The position numbers and the translations under genes are program-made. From contig JAYUGC010000096.1 of NCBI GenBank assembly GCA_043767805.1, positions 1 through 30,065 on the forward strand: DNA of 30,065 nucleotides. Reading direction: 5' to 3'. The notes beneath the pieces are model-generated. The model did not search any database and was not told where the DNA came from. It saw nothing but the letters and a program-made list of their open reading frames with translations. Numbering within the stretch: position 1 is the stretch's first letter; each line of letters opens with the position of its first letter. Shown in pieces: positions 10,767 through 19,489 of the stretch. This DNA comes from Pseudomonadota bacterium. GTDB taxonomy: Bacteria; Bdellovibrionota; FAC87; UBA2466.

Positions 10767-11585
10767 ATGTTTGGAATGAAACTGAGCCTAGGGCTCGCTA
10801 GCTGCTTCTCTTTCCTAGCGCTCGCGGCGCCGGAATTTACCGAGATTCATTTTTCCGCGCCTCCCGGCCCCGGTGTTCTCGCGGTGACCGTTCTCACGCG
10901 CGAGCCGGCCTGGCGTTTGTTTCCCGAAGACGTGAAAATCGAGCACACCAAAAAATCGATGGAGTACTTGCTGAGCTACGACGTGAGTAAGTCCGTGCAA
11001 GCTCTGCTTCTCGCAGCGAGCAACAAGAAGGAAACCACCGAGGCGTGCAAAGCCGAGCTGAAGGCTCTCTTGTCCGCGCCCACCGAGGCGATTTCCGACG
11101 ATAAGCTCACGACCACGATCTATATCGTTTTGGACGAAGAGCACCCCGAGCGGCTCACGGTCAGCATGAAAGGCGATCTCAAATTGTTGAGTGCCGAGCC
11201 TCTCAGCGCGGCGACTTCCGAGATGCAACCTTGGACGCGCGCGGTGTCCGTGAAGCTCAGCTACTCCGCGGGTTACAGCATCAGTTACGGCGTGTCCGAT
11301 CTCATCGTTACGGAAGGGGCCGCGAAGGGCACCTTCCAGATTGAGACGCAAAGAACGGGTCTTGCCGCGCTAAAAAACTACATCGCCGACGGCCGCATCT
11401 CCCCACTTTGCGCTGAAGCTCTCGACCAGGGCTATTGGGCGCTCGAAGGGGATAAAACCGAGCCCAAAAATCGGTCCGAGAAGTCGATCGTCTTGGTCAT
11501 TCCCATGCCGAAGGAAGTTCCTTTGAAAATCGACATGCGACCGGCCGCGGGCTTTGCCGTAGAGAGCGTCCAGCCGCTCGAATAA
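10767..11585 (+). CDS. Secreted hypothetical protein with an internal two-fold repeat (paralog 2)
   Basis: AAGGGG SD before ATG 10767 and a signal peptide ending FLALA. Aligns to paralog 1 (LAVTV...WRLxPExVKxEHxK...EYxLSY; WTRAVxxKxSY). Confidence 0.78.
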   Translation: MFGMKLSLGLASCFSFLALAAPEFTEIHFSAPPGPGVLAVTVLTREPAWRLFPEDVKIEHTKKSMEYLLSYDVSKSVQALLLAASNKKETTEACKAELKALLSAPTEAISDDKLTTTIYIVLDEEHPERLTVSMKGDLKLLSAEPLSAATSEMQPWTRAVSVKLSYSAGYSISYGVSDLIVTEGAAKGTFQIETQRTGLAALKNYIADGRISPLCAEALDQGYWALEGDKTEPKNRSEKSIVLVIPMPKEVPLKIDMRPAAGFAVESVQPLE

Positions 11586-11647
11586 AGGCCCGGGCCCTGG
11601 CCCACTCGCCTTGTCATAGCCTGCCAAATACATAAGAATCATCGGAG

Positions 11648-12526
11648 ATGAACCCGACTCTCGCTGAGTGGCTGAACCTGACTTTGCGCTGGATGCACAT
11701 CGTGGCGGGTATTTCCTGGATCGGAAGTTCCTTCTACTTCATGTGGCTCGATAGCCATCTGGAACCGGCTAACAAAGCCACGCCCAATGTCGCGGGTCAC
11801 CTTTGGATGGTTCATAGCGGCGGCTTCTACCGGGTGGAAAAACGCTATCTCGCCGCGGGTGAAGTGCCTTCCAATCTGCACTGGTTCAAATGGGAAGCGG
11901 CGTTCACCTGGCTCACGGGACTCTGCCTTTTGGTCGTCGTGTACTACCTGGGCGGCATCATGGTGGATGCCTCGACCTCGTCGCTTTCGGAAGGCTCGGC
12001 CGCGGGCATCGGCGTGCTCCTTCTCGTCGTGTCTTGGCTCGTCTACGATCAGCTTTGGGTCTTACTCGGTAACCAGCCGAAAATCGCGACCGCCCTTTCC
12101 TGCGCGCTACTCATGGGACTCAACTACGGGCTCACCCAAATTTTTACAGGGCGCGCGGCGTACCTGCACGTCGGTGCGGTTCTGGGAACGCTCATGGTCG
12201 CTAACGTCTGGATGCGTATTCTCCCGGCTCAGCGGCAGATGATCGCGGCCACGCAAAAAGGCGAGACGCGCGACATGACGCTCGCTCACCGCGCGAAGGC
12301 GCGCTCGGTGCACAATAACTACGTCACCCTGCCGGTCATCTTCATCATGATCAGCAATCATTTTCCCAGTACGTACGGTCACGAGTACAACTGGGCGGTT
12401 CTGACGGTACTGATGGCTTGCGGGGCGGCGATCCGCCATTACATCAACGTGCAAAGCCGCAAAGCGCTTTGGCTCGCCGTTGCCGCAGGAATTGCGATGA
12501 TTGCTTTGGGGTACGTCACCCGATGA
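11648..12526 (+). CDS. puuD: Urate hydroxylase PuuD-type membrane domain, without the C-terminal cytochrome c
   Basis: LRWMHIVAGISWIGSSFYF, LWMVHSGGFY, LHWFKWEAAFTWLTG and RSVHNNYVTLPVIFIMISNHFP. About 8 TM helices; first gene of the allantoin operon. Confidence 0.9.
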   Translation: MNPTLAEWLNLTLRWMHIVAGISWIGSSFYFMWLDSHLEPANKATPNVAGHLWMVHSGGFYRVEKRYLAAGEVPSNLHWFKWEAAFTWLTGLCLLVVVYYLGGIMVDASTSSLSEGSAAGIGVLLLVVSWLVYDQLWVLLGNQPKIATALSCALLMGLNYGLTQIFTGRAAYLHVGAVLGTLMVANVWMRILPAQRQMIAATQKGETRDMTLAHRAKARSVHNNYVTLPVIFIMISNHFPSTYGHEYNWAVLTVLMACGAAIRHYINVQSRKALWLAVAAGIAMIALGYVTR

Positions 12527-13893
12527 GCGATAGCGAGACCTATCCTTTCGTTCTGCGTAGCCGGCGAGTGCTGCTGTCTCCGACCCAAGCGCCGTCCCCC
12601 GCCGCGCTTACCATCGAGGACGGCAAAATCACCCAAGTTCAGAATTTCGATCTCACGACGTCGCATGCTTTACTCGATGTGGGCGACAGTCTCGTCATGG
12701 CGGGTATCGTCGATACTCACGCGCATATCAACGAGCCCGGGCGCACCGAGTGGGAAGGCTTTCGTACCGCGACTCGCGCGGCGGCAGCCGGCGGCATCAC
12801 CACCGTACTCGACATGCCTCTCAACTCGATACCGCCGACAACGACGCTCGCCAATCTGAAGACGAAAGCCGCGGCGGCGGCCGGCCAGTGCACCATCGAT
12901 TACGGTTTTTGGGGCGGGCTCATTCCGGGCAACACCGCCGAGCTCGAGCCCATGATCCGCAAGGGCATCTGGGGCTTCAAAGCGTTTCTCTGCGAGTCGG
13001 GAGTCGACGAGTTTCCGATGGCGCGCGAAGCGGATTTGCGCGCAGGCATGGCGGTACTCGCCAAGCATGGCGTGCCGCTACTCGTGCACGCGGAACTTTG
13101 CGGGACGGCTCCGGCTTCCGCGTCGTCTCCGCGCAGTTACCAAGGGTATCTGGACTCTCGTCCCGCAGCCTGGGAAGTGGAAGCCATTCGCTTGATGATT
13201 CGTTTGGTGCGGGAGACCAACTGCGCGGTGCACATCGTGCATCTTTCCGCGGCTGATGCCTTGCCCGACCTGACTAAGGCTCGCTCGGAAGGACTTCCCA
13301 TCACGGTGGAAACTTGCCCGCATTATTTAGCGCTCAAAGCCGAAGACATTGCCGATGGCGCCACGCATTTCAAATGCGCGCCGCCCATTCGGGACGCATC
13401 GAATCAGGATCGCCTTTGGGCCGCGCTGGCTGCCGGGCACATCGATCAGATCGTGTCGGATCACTCCCCTTGCACGCCAAAACTCAAGGAGATCGAGAGC
13501 GGTCACTTCGAGAAGGCCTGGGGAGGAATCGCTGGCCTTCAGTTCAGTCTGCCGGTAGTTTGGACCGAGATGCGGCGGCGAAAACTCCCTGTTCAGAATT
13601 TGGCCCGTTGGATGAGCCTCGCCCCGGCCCGAATGGCCGGTCTCGAGGAGAAGAAAGGCACTTTGGCTCCCGGCAAAGATGCCGACCTCGTCGTCTGGGA
13701 CCCGGACGCCGCTTTCGTCCCCACGCCCGAAACCGTTTTGCACCGGCACTCGCTCACTCCCTACTCGGGCCGCACTTTATATGGACGAGTGGAGATGACG
13801 TTTTTGCGAGGAGTTTGTATTTTCGAGGAGGGCCGGTTCCCGGGCGAACCCCTGGGCCGAGAAGTGTCTCGTTCGGCGGAGGAAAGTAGATGA
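12523..13893 (+). CDS. allB: Allantoinase (amidohydrolase superfamily)
   Basis: DTHAHINEPGRTEWEGF, GGITTVLDMPLNSIP, VHAE, HIVHLS, ETCPHYL, FKCAPPIR, VSDHSP, AWGGI. ATGA overlap with puuD fixes the start at 12523. Confidence 0.95.
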   Translation: MSDSETYPFVLRSRRVLLSPTQAPSPAALTIEDGKITQVQNFDLTTSHALLDVGDSLVMAGIVDTHAHINEPGRTEWEGFRTATRAAAAGGITTVLDMPLNSIPPTTTLANLKTKAAAAAGQCTIDYGFWGGLIPGNTAELEPMIRKGIWGFKAFLCESGVDEFPMAREADLRAGMAVLAKHGVPLLVHAELCGTAPASASSPRSYQGYLDSRPAAWEVEAIRLMIRLVRETNCAVHIVHLSAADALPDLTKARSEGLPITVETCPHYLALKAEDIADGATHFKCAPPIRDASNQDRLWAALAAGHIDQIVSDHSPCTPKLKEIESGHFEKAWGGIAGLQFSLPVVWTEMRRRKLPVQNLARWMSLAPARMAGLEEKKGTLAPGKDADLVVWDPDAAFVPTPETVLHRHSLTPYSGRTLYGRVEMTFLRGVCIFEEGRFPGEPLGREVSRSAEESR

Positions 13894-14897
13894 GCTCGAC
13901 GCGGGTAGTGATGGCGGAATTGACGGACTTAGCCTCGGCCCGGGTAGGCGGAAAAGCGCTCGCCACCAACGACGAGTTCTTCGCCGAAAAACAAAATCTC
14001 ATCAAGCCCGAGCCTGCGATCTTTCTTCCGGACAAATATGTCGATACCGGCAAGTGGATGGACGGCTGGGAGAGCCGCCGGAAGCGCGGGCCCGGCCATG
14101 ACTGGTGCGTCTTGGAGCTTGGCATCGCAGGCGTCATTCAAGGGCTCGATGTCGACACGTCTCACTTCACGGGAAATTTTCCGGAAGCCTGCTCGGTCGA
14201 GGCGGGCATCATGCCGGCGGGCAGCGACGCCGTGATGGAATGGAAAGAGATCCTTCCCAAGTCTTTGCTTCAAGGCGATAGCCACAATTATTTCGCCGTG
14301 AGCAACAGTAGTCGCTGGACCCATGTGCGACTCAATATTTTTCCGGACGGCGGCGTCGCGCGACTTCGCGTGTACGGGCGCTCGGCGCCGGACTGGGCGA
14401 AGCTCAAAGCGGCGGGCGGGCTCATCGATCTCGCGGCCATCGGCAATGGCGGCAAGGGGCTAACGTGTAGCGATCGGTTCTACAGCCATCCGGACAATCT
14501 CATCATGCCCGAGCGCTCCAAAAACATGGGCGACGGCTGGGAGACGAAACGCCGGCGCGGGCCCGGCCACGACTGGGTCATCCTTCGCTTGGGCGCCGCG
14601 GGCCGCATCAAGAAAATTGAAGTGGATACGAATCACTATAAAGGCAACTTCCCCGAGAGCTGTTCTTTGGAAGGTTGCCGTCTCGGAGAAGGCCCCGATC
14701 TTCTCCCTGGTGATTTCCGCGACCGCAAGGACATCACCTGGGAAGAGATTCTTCCGCGCACCGCTTTAAAGGCCGACACCCGGCACCATTTCGAGAAAGA
14801 GCTTTGCCCGGGCTCGACGATTTTCGATCACGTTCGTTTGCAAACCTATCCAGATGGCGGCATCAGCCGCCTGCGGGTTTTAGGAGAACTCCCATGA
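13890..14897 (+). CDS. alc: Allantoicase
   Basis: Duplicated allantoicase repeat: DGWESRRKRGPGHDW / DGWETKRRRGPGHDW, DTSHFTGN / DTNHYKGN, PDGGVARLRV / PDGGISRLRV. Confidence 0.96.
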   Translation: MSSTRVVMAELTDLASARVGGKALATNDEFFAEKQNLIKPEPAIFLPDKYVDTGKWMDGWESRRKRGPGHDWCVLELGIAGVIQGLDVDTSHFTGNFPEACSVEAGIMPAGSDAVMEWKEILPKSLLQGDSHNYFAVSNSSRWTHVRLNIFPDGGVARLRVYGRSAPDWAKLKAAGGLIDLAAIGNGGKGLTCSDRFYSHPDNLIMPERSKNMGDGWETKRRRGPGHDWVILRLGAAGRIKKIEVDTNHYKGNFPESCSLEGCRLGEGPDLLPGDFRDRKDITWEEILPRTALKADTRHHFEKELCPGSTIFDHVRLQTYPDGGISRLRVLGELP

Positions 14898-15406
14898 CTT
14901 CGAAGCTTGTGGCGCTCAATCGCTATTGGAAAGCCGACGCGGAGACCGAATTTCTCCGCTGCTGCCGCTCGAAGCGGTGGGCCGAGGGCATGGCGGCGGC
15001 GCGGCCTTTCGATACGGACGCGGCTCTCTACAGCGCCTCCGACAAAATCTGGGCTTCACTCGGCAAGGAAGACTGGCTCGAAGCCTTCAAGGGACACCCT
15101 AAGATTGGACAAACTCCTACTCCGACCAAAGAGACCCGCTCGACGGCGTCCTGGGCCCGGGAAGAACAAGCGGGCACGCGCACATCTTCGGAAGCGGTCT
15201 TGAAAGATTTGGCGGCGGGGAACGAAACGTACGAAAAGAAGTTCGGCTTCGTGTTCCTGGTGTGCGCGACGGGCAAGTCGGGCGACGAAATGCTCAAAAT
15301 CTTGAACGACCGTCTCGGCAACACGGTGGAGGCGGAGCTGGAAATCGCCGCGAAAGAACAAGCGAAGATCACCCGCCTCAGACTGGAGAAGTTACTCGGC
15401 ACATGA
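14894..15406 (+). CDS. uraD: OHCU decarboxylase
   Basis: AARPF, EAFKGHPKIG, EQAG, YEKKFGFVFLVCATG, EQAKITRLRL. ATGA overlap with alc. Confidence 0.95.
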   Translation: MTSKLVALNRYWKADAETEFLRCCRSKRWAEGMAAARPFDTDAALYSASDKIWASLGKEDWLEAFKGHPKIGQTPTPTKETRSTASWAREEQAGTRTSSEAVLKDLAAGNETYEKKFGFVFLVCATGKSGDEMLKILNDRLGNTVEAELEIAAKEQAKITRLRLEKLLGT

Positions 15407-15756
15407 AAGACCGCAGCCCCATCACCACGCATATTTTGGATGTGAACCGAGGCAAGCCCGCGGCCAAAGTCGCGGTGACTTTGGAGCACCGCACTTCGGC
15501 TTCGGAGTGGAAGGTGCTGGGCCGGGGCGAGACCAACGCCGACGGCCGAGCCGAAGATCTTCTCGCCAAAGGGCACACCGTGACAGTCGGCGTGTACCGG
15601 CTGACGTTTGCGACGGCCGAGTATTTCGCGGGTCTCGGCACCAAGAGCTTTTATCCTTTTGTAACGGTCGCGTTCGAGATTACCGATCCTGCTCAGCACC
15701 ATCACGTCCCTCTGCTTTTGAGCGGACACGGCTACAGTACTTACCGAGGAAGTTGA
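15403..15756 (+). CDS. uraH: 5-hydroxyisourate hydrolase (transthyretin-like)
   Basis: ITTHILD...GKPA, TNADGR, HHHVPLLLS, and C-terminal YRGS. ATGA overlap with uraD. Confidence 0.96.
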   Translation: MKDRSPITTHILDVNRGKPAAKVAVTLEHRTSASEWKVLGRGETNADGRAEDLLAKGHTVTVGVYRLTFATAEYFAGLGTKSFYPFVTVAFEITDPAQHHHVPLLLSGHGYSTYRGS

Positions 15757-15759
15757 ATC

Positions 15760-17115
15760 ATGAAGCGAGTGCTCACTCCGGAATCCCTCAAAGGGATTAC
15801 CGACGGCCTTGAGAAGGCCAACCAGCATTTTAACGAAGTGTACCCGGGCGAGCCGGTGGGCATTCAGCCCGTGCATACGATTTACGGCGGCGCGCACTTA
15901 TTCGCCCCGGGCATCGTAAAAAAGTTCGGCCAGAGCGCGCTCCAAACTTTGAGCGACAACGCGCCCAACGGGGCCGCGCTAGGTAAAGCGCTCGCGGGCT
16001 CGCAGTACGATGAGGCCATCTGGTCGAAGGTGTACGAGCGCATGGTGAGGAAGCTTAAAGTCGCGCCGATCGAAGACTTCCGCATCGATTTCGAGGACGG
16101 TTACGGCAGCCGCTCCGACGAGGAAGAGGACGGCCACGCCATCGCCGCCGCCAAAGCGGTCGCGCAGGAGATGAAGGCGAACGCGCTTCCTCCAAATATC
16201 GGCATTCGCATCAAGTCGTTCAGCGGCCCGTGCCTCGCGCGCGGCGTGCGTACTTTAGATCTCTTTTTGGGAACTCTCCTTGAGGAAGGTTCAGGCAAAT
16301 TGCCCGAGGGCTTCGTCATCACGTTGCCGAAGGTGACCATCGCCGAGCAACCCAAGGCGCTCGCTCAGATGTTGACCGTTCTCGAGAAGAAGCATGTCCT
16401 CACCGCGAACTCGCTAAAGTTCGAGTTCATGGTGGAGACCACCCAGTCTGTGATCGGTGAGGACGGCACTTGTCCTCTGCGCAGCTTCGTGGAAGCAGGC
16501 GAAGGGCGCTGCGTGGGCGCGCATCTCGGGACTTATGACTATACGGCTTCACATAACATCACCGCCGCTCACCAGCGCATGGGCCACCCGGCTTGCGATT
16601 TCGCAAAGCAGATGATGAAGGTCGCCCTCACCGGTACCGGAATATTGCTATCGGATGGCGCGACAAACATCATTCCCGTCGGCCCGCACAAGGCGACCGC
16701 CGACAAGCCACTCACTCCCGCGCAAAAGCGAGACAACGAGCAGGCCGTTCACCGTGCTTGGAAGATTAGTTACGGACATATCCGTTACTCGCTCATTACT
16801 GGCTACTATCAAGGGTGGGATCTCCACCCAGCGCAGTTGCCGGTGCGGTACGCGGCGGTCTATGCGTTTTTTCTCGAAGCTCTAGCCCCGGCGACCGAGC
16901 GCTTGCGTGGGTTCGTCGAGAAAGCGGCCCGGGCCACTTTGCTCGGCGACGTGTTTGACGACGCAGCTACCGGTCAGGGACTGCTGAACTTCTTCCTGCG
17001 GGGCTTAAGTTGCGGCGCTCTCACCGAAGAGGAGGCCAAGGCCACGGGCCTCACCCTCGAAGAGATTCAAGGAAGGGCTTTCTTGCCGATCCTCGAGAGC
17101 CGCAGCAAACGCTAA
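15760..17115 (+). CDS. Uncharacterised CitE/HpcH-HpaI aldolase-citrate lyase fold enzyme (DUF6986-like)
   Basis: CitE-like motif order IDFEDG, IRIK, TLPKV, MVET, LGTYDY, LHPAQL, plus PVHTIYGGAHLF. Starts 3 nt after uraH. The DUF name is from memory. Confidence 0.8.
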   Translation: MKRVLTPESLKGITDGLEKANQHFNEVYPGEPVGIQPVHTIYGGAHLFAPGIVKKFGQSALQTLSDNAPNGAALGKALAGSQYDEAIWSKVYERMVRKLKVAPIEDFRIDFEDGYGSRSDEEEDGHAIAAAKAVAQEMKANALPPNIGIRIKSFSGPCLARGVRTLDLFLGTLLEEGSGKLPEGFVITLPKVTIAEQPKALAQMLTVLEKKHVLTANSLKFEFMVETTQSVIGEDGTCPLRSFVEAGEGRCVGAHLGTYDYTASHNITAAHQRMGHPACDFAKQMMKVALTGTGILLSDGATNIIPVGPHKATADKPLTPAQKRDNEQAVHRAWKISYGHIRYSLITGYYQGWDLHPAQLPVRYAAVYAFFLEALAPATERLRGFVEKAARATLLGDVFDDAATGQGLLNFFLRGLSCGALTEEEAKATGLTLEEIQGRAFLPILESRSKR

Positions 17116-17432
17116 TGTATTTCGGTTGGTCTCTGCTCCGCTAGCGCGCGGACGATGTCCGCGCCGAACTGCTCGAACTTTTTCTCTCCGATGCCTTTTA
17201 CGTCGAGGAGTAGCTCTGGCACGTCGGGGTTTTTCGTGGCGATTTCGAGTAGCGTGCGGTTGGTGAGAATCGCGTAGGGCGGAATGCGCTTCGCTTTCGC
17301 CGTTTCGTTTCTCCAGAGCCTTAAGTGCTCGTAGCGCGATTCGACGGCTTCCGCGCGTTGTCTCGCTTCTGCGTTGGGTATCCATTGGCTGAACAGCTGG
17401 CTGATTAGGGACAGTGGATTTCTGAGACTCAT
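17112..17432 (-). CDS. Stand-alone HRDC-domain protein (106 aa)
   Basis: YEHLRLWRNETAKAKRIPPYAILTNRTLLEIA...VKGIGEKKFEQFGADI is the HRDC pattern. GGAGGT SD before ATG 17432. Confidence 0.88.
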   Translation of the reverse strand: MSLRNPLSLISQLFSQWIPNAEARQRAEAVESRYEHLRLWRNETAKAKRIPPYAILTNRTLLEIATKNPDVPELLLDVKGIGEKKFEQFGADIVRALAEQRPTEIH

Positions 17433-17566
17433 AGTTAACCTCCGGTTTAAGGGATCGAGAGGTTTGCTTGGCGCGGCGGCGGCTGGCAACGGGCAGAGGG
17501 GAGCGCGATTTCGGGTGTTATGCACCGAGACTACTGACGCTGGGCATCGGCCGGTAAAATAGCGAG

Positions 17567-19489
17567 GTGCATACCCTTAAAATTTCCCGGACTTGGCTGT
17601 GTTTCTTGGTATTGGCTTTCGCGCTCAGCGCTCTGAATCTTCGCGCGGAGAATGCGAACGAGGGAATGGCGGCGCTCGAAGCGGTAACGAGCCGCTACCC
17701 GACCCTCGAAGCATTCTTGAAGGATAAGGAAGCAAAGCGCGAGTACGAGGGCTTGCTCGGCAAGTACTTCGGGCGCGAGCGGTTTCCTTGTGACGGGTTC
17801 AACGAAGTCGTCGATCAGATGCGCGCCTGGATGGACGCTGATGCGTCTGTCGCCGAACGGCTCTGGACTCCGCAGAAAGCTTGGCAATACGAGCTGCCGT
17901 TGAAGCGAGCTTCGGCGAAAGTACCGGAGCGGTATCGCTTCGTGAGCACGCCTCGTCGCTTTCATGCGATTTGGCTCGATTTCTCGGGCGCGGGTTGTAG
18001 CGAAGGGGTTTGCGCGCCGTTGAATATGCGAGCGCCGGGTCGTTGGGCGGCGGGGCTCGATGGCTCGGTCGTCTTTCATTTGGAGAAGGGCTCGCGTTAC
18101 ACGGGCACGAGTCTTTTGCTCTCGGAAGTCGACCTGGGAGAGAAGCGCTTGCGGCTCGTGACGCCGACGGCGGATTCGTTGCTAAGGGAACCCGCGCACG
18201 TTTTTGAGAAGCGGGGCAAGCGCAAGACGACGCTACTCGCGGAGTGGGCGAAGGCCGTGAAGAGTAAGACGCCGCTCGCGGTGATTGAAGGTTCGGACCA
18301 TGTGTACGGCCTCGCGGGCCACAAGGACTTGGGCGCTCTGTCGGCGATGAGCTTTCACGATCCGCGCGCACAGAAGTTGATGCCGCTCTTGTCGGAGAAG
18401 TGCTTGACGGCGCAGAAGACGGCGGCGAAGGCGGGTGGCGATGAGAGTTTGGGGATGAAGTCGGCGGGGGGCGGTGCGGCTCCGGCGGCGGGTAGTCCTG
18501 CGGCGGCTGCGCAGTCCGTATTGCTCGCGCTCCAGTTTCCGCCCGCAACGGCGGCCGCGGCGGTGGCTCCGGGTGGTTTTACAAAGGGCGGAGAGCTGGA
18601 GAAGGCTTTGGGCGATAAGCTCAGTAAGTCTCCCGACCCAAAACAACGGAGCCTGGCGGCGTTAGCGTTGGGACTCTTAGGACAGATCTCTCAACCCCTC
18701 CTTAACGAGGGAAATGCCTTTGCCCCGAGCGCTTCAGGATATCGAGGCGAGACGCGAAGGCCGGGATCGGGTTACGGCTCGCGGCCAGATAGAAGGCCGC
18801 CACCTCGATTCACTGATACCTATTCACCGAGAGCTAGAGGCGACTTGGCGCGGGCCCTTCGGGATTCATCGCCTTCTGTGAGAGTTCAGTCGGCCTTTGC
18901 GATCGCGAGTAACGGGGGTACTCGGGTGGCGGTAAATACCGGTCCCCTTTCGCAAGAGCTCACGGTGATTCAGCCTCCGTTGCAGCAGGCATTGAGGGAA
19001 GCGGCGACGGCGCCTCAGCTCGCGACTTTAGTCGCGCCCCCGCCGGCTAGGTCTTTCACCTCTCCAGAGGGGATCCGCGATCAAGGAATCGACAACCTGA
19101 TCAAGGAGGGTCTCCCGTTGCCCCCTCAGATTAAGAAGGACGTGTTCGATCGGGCGGAAAAGGGATCGACCGCGCAGAAAGAAAAGTCACTGGATCAGAT
19201 CGTCCACGACTACACCGACAACACTTCCGCAGGAGCCTCGATGAAGGCGGTAAAGACGTTGGAAGAGGACTTGAAGGGCAAAGAAAATTGGCTCAAGAAA
19301 GCCGTCCTCGCGAAGATTGAAACGGACATTCTCGAAAACTGCGAGCAATGCAAATTAGACAATATCAATCGGCCGGCCAAATCAGAAAAACACGGTAACG
19401 CTGTCGTCGAACGAAGGGGAGCGCTTCAAAAACTCGTTGAGGACGGCAATCTCATCACCGACAAAAATGGCAACGGAGGTGCGCAATGA
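17567..19489 (+). CDS. Secreted hypothetical protein with an Ala/Gly linker and HEAT-like helical units
   Basis: 640-aa ORF with a signal peptide ending LNLRA. HEAT-like segments KSPDPKQRSLAALALG and LRDSSPSVRVQSAFAIA. Confidence 0.72.
   Translation: MHTLKISRTWLCFLVLAFALSALNLRAENANEGMAALEAVTSRYPTLEAFLKDKEAKREYEGLLGKYFGRERFPCDGFNEVVDQMRAWMDADASVAERLWTPQKAWQYELPLKRASAKVPERYRFVSTPRRFHAIWLDFSGAGCSEGVCAPLNMRAPGRWAAGLDGSVVFHLEKGSRYTGTSLLLSEVDLGEKRLRLVTPTADSLLREPAHVFEKRGKRKTTLLAEWAKAVKSKTPLAVIEGSDHVYGLAGHKDLGALSAMSFHDPRAQKLMPLLSEKCLTAQKTAAKAGGDESLGMKSAGGGAAPAAGSPAAAAQSVLLALQFPPATAAAAVAPGGFTKGGELEKALGDKLSKSPDPKQRSLAALALGLLGQISQPLLNEGNAFAPSASGYRGETRRPGSGYGSRPDRRPPPRFTDTYSPRARGDLARALRDSSPSVRVQSAFAIASNGGTRVAVNTGPLSQELTVIQPPLQQALREAATAPQLATLVAPPPARSFTSPEGIRDQGIDNLIKEGLPLPPQIKKDVFDRAEKGSTAQKEKSLDQIVHDYTDNTSAGASMKAVKTLEEDLKGKENWLKKAVLAKIETDILENCEQCKLDNINRPAKSEKHGNAVVERRGALQKLVEDGNLITDKNGNGGAQ

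Noticed and set aside
12418..12522. ORF-track N-terminal extensions of allB (also uraD, uraH, lysR, 9604, 10716, 22279, 23440)
   Set aside because: Most overlap upstream genes. Downstream starts are supported by SD sites, ATGA coupling, signal peptides or family-typical N-termini.
13890..14897. Direct DNA repeat inside alc (GCGCGGGCCCGGCCAYGACTGG, twice)
   Set aside because: It reflects the known internal duplication of allantoicase and is not a mobile or CRISPR repeat.
15028..15897. 289-aa minus-strand ORF
   Set aside because: It is antisense to uraD/uraH, which have unambiguous motifs.
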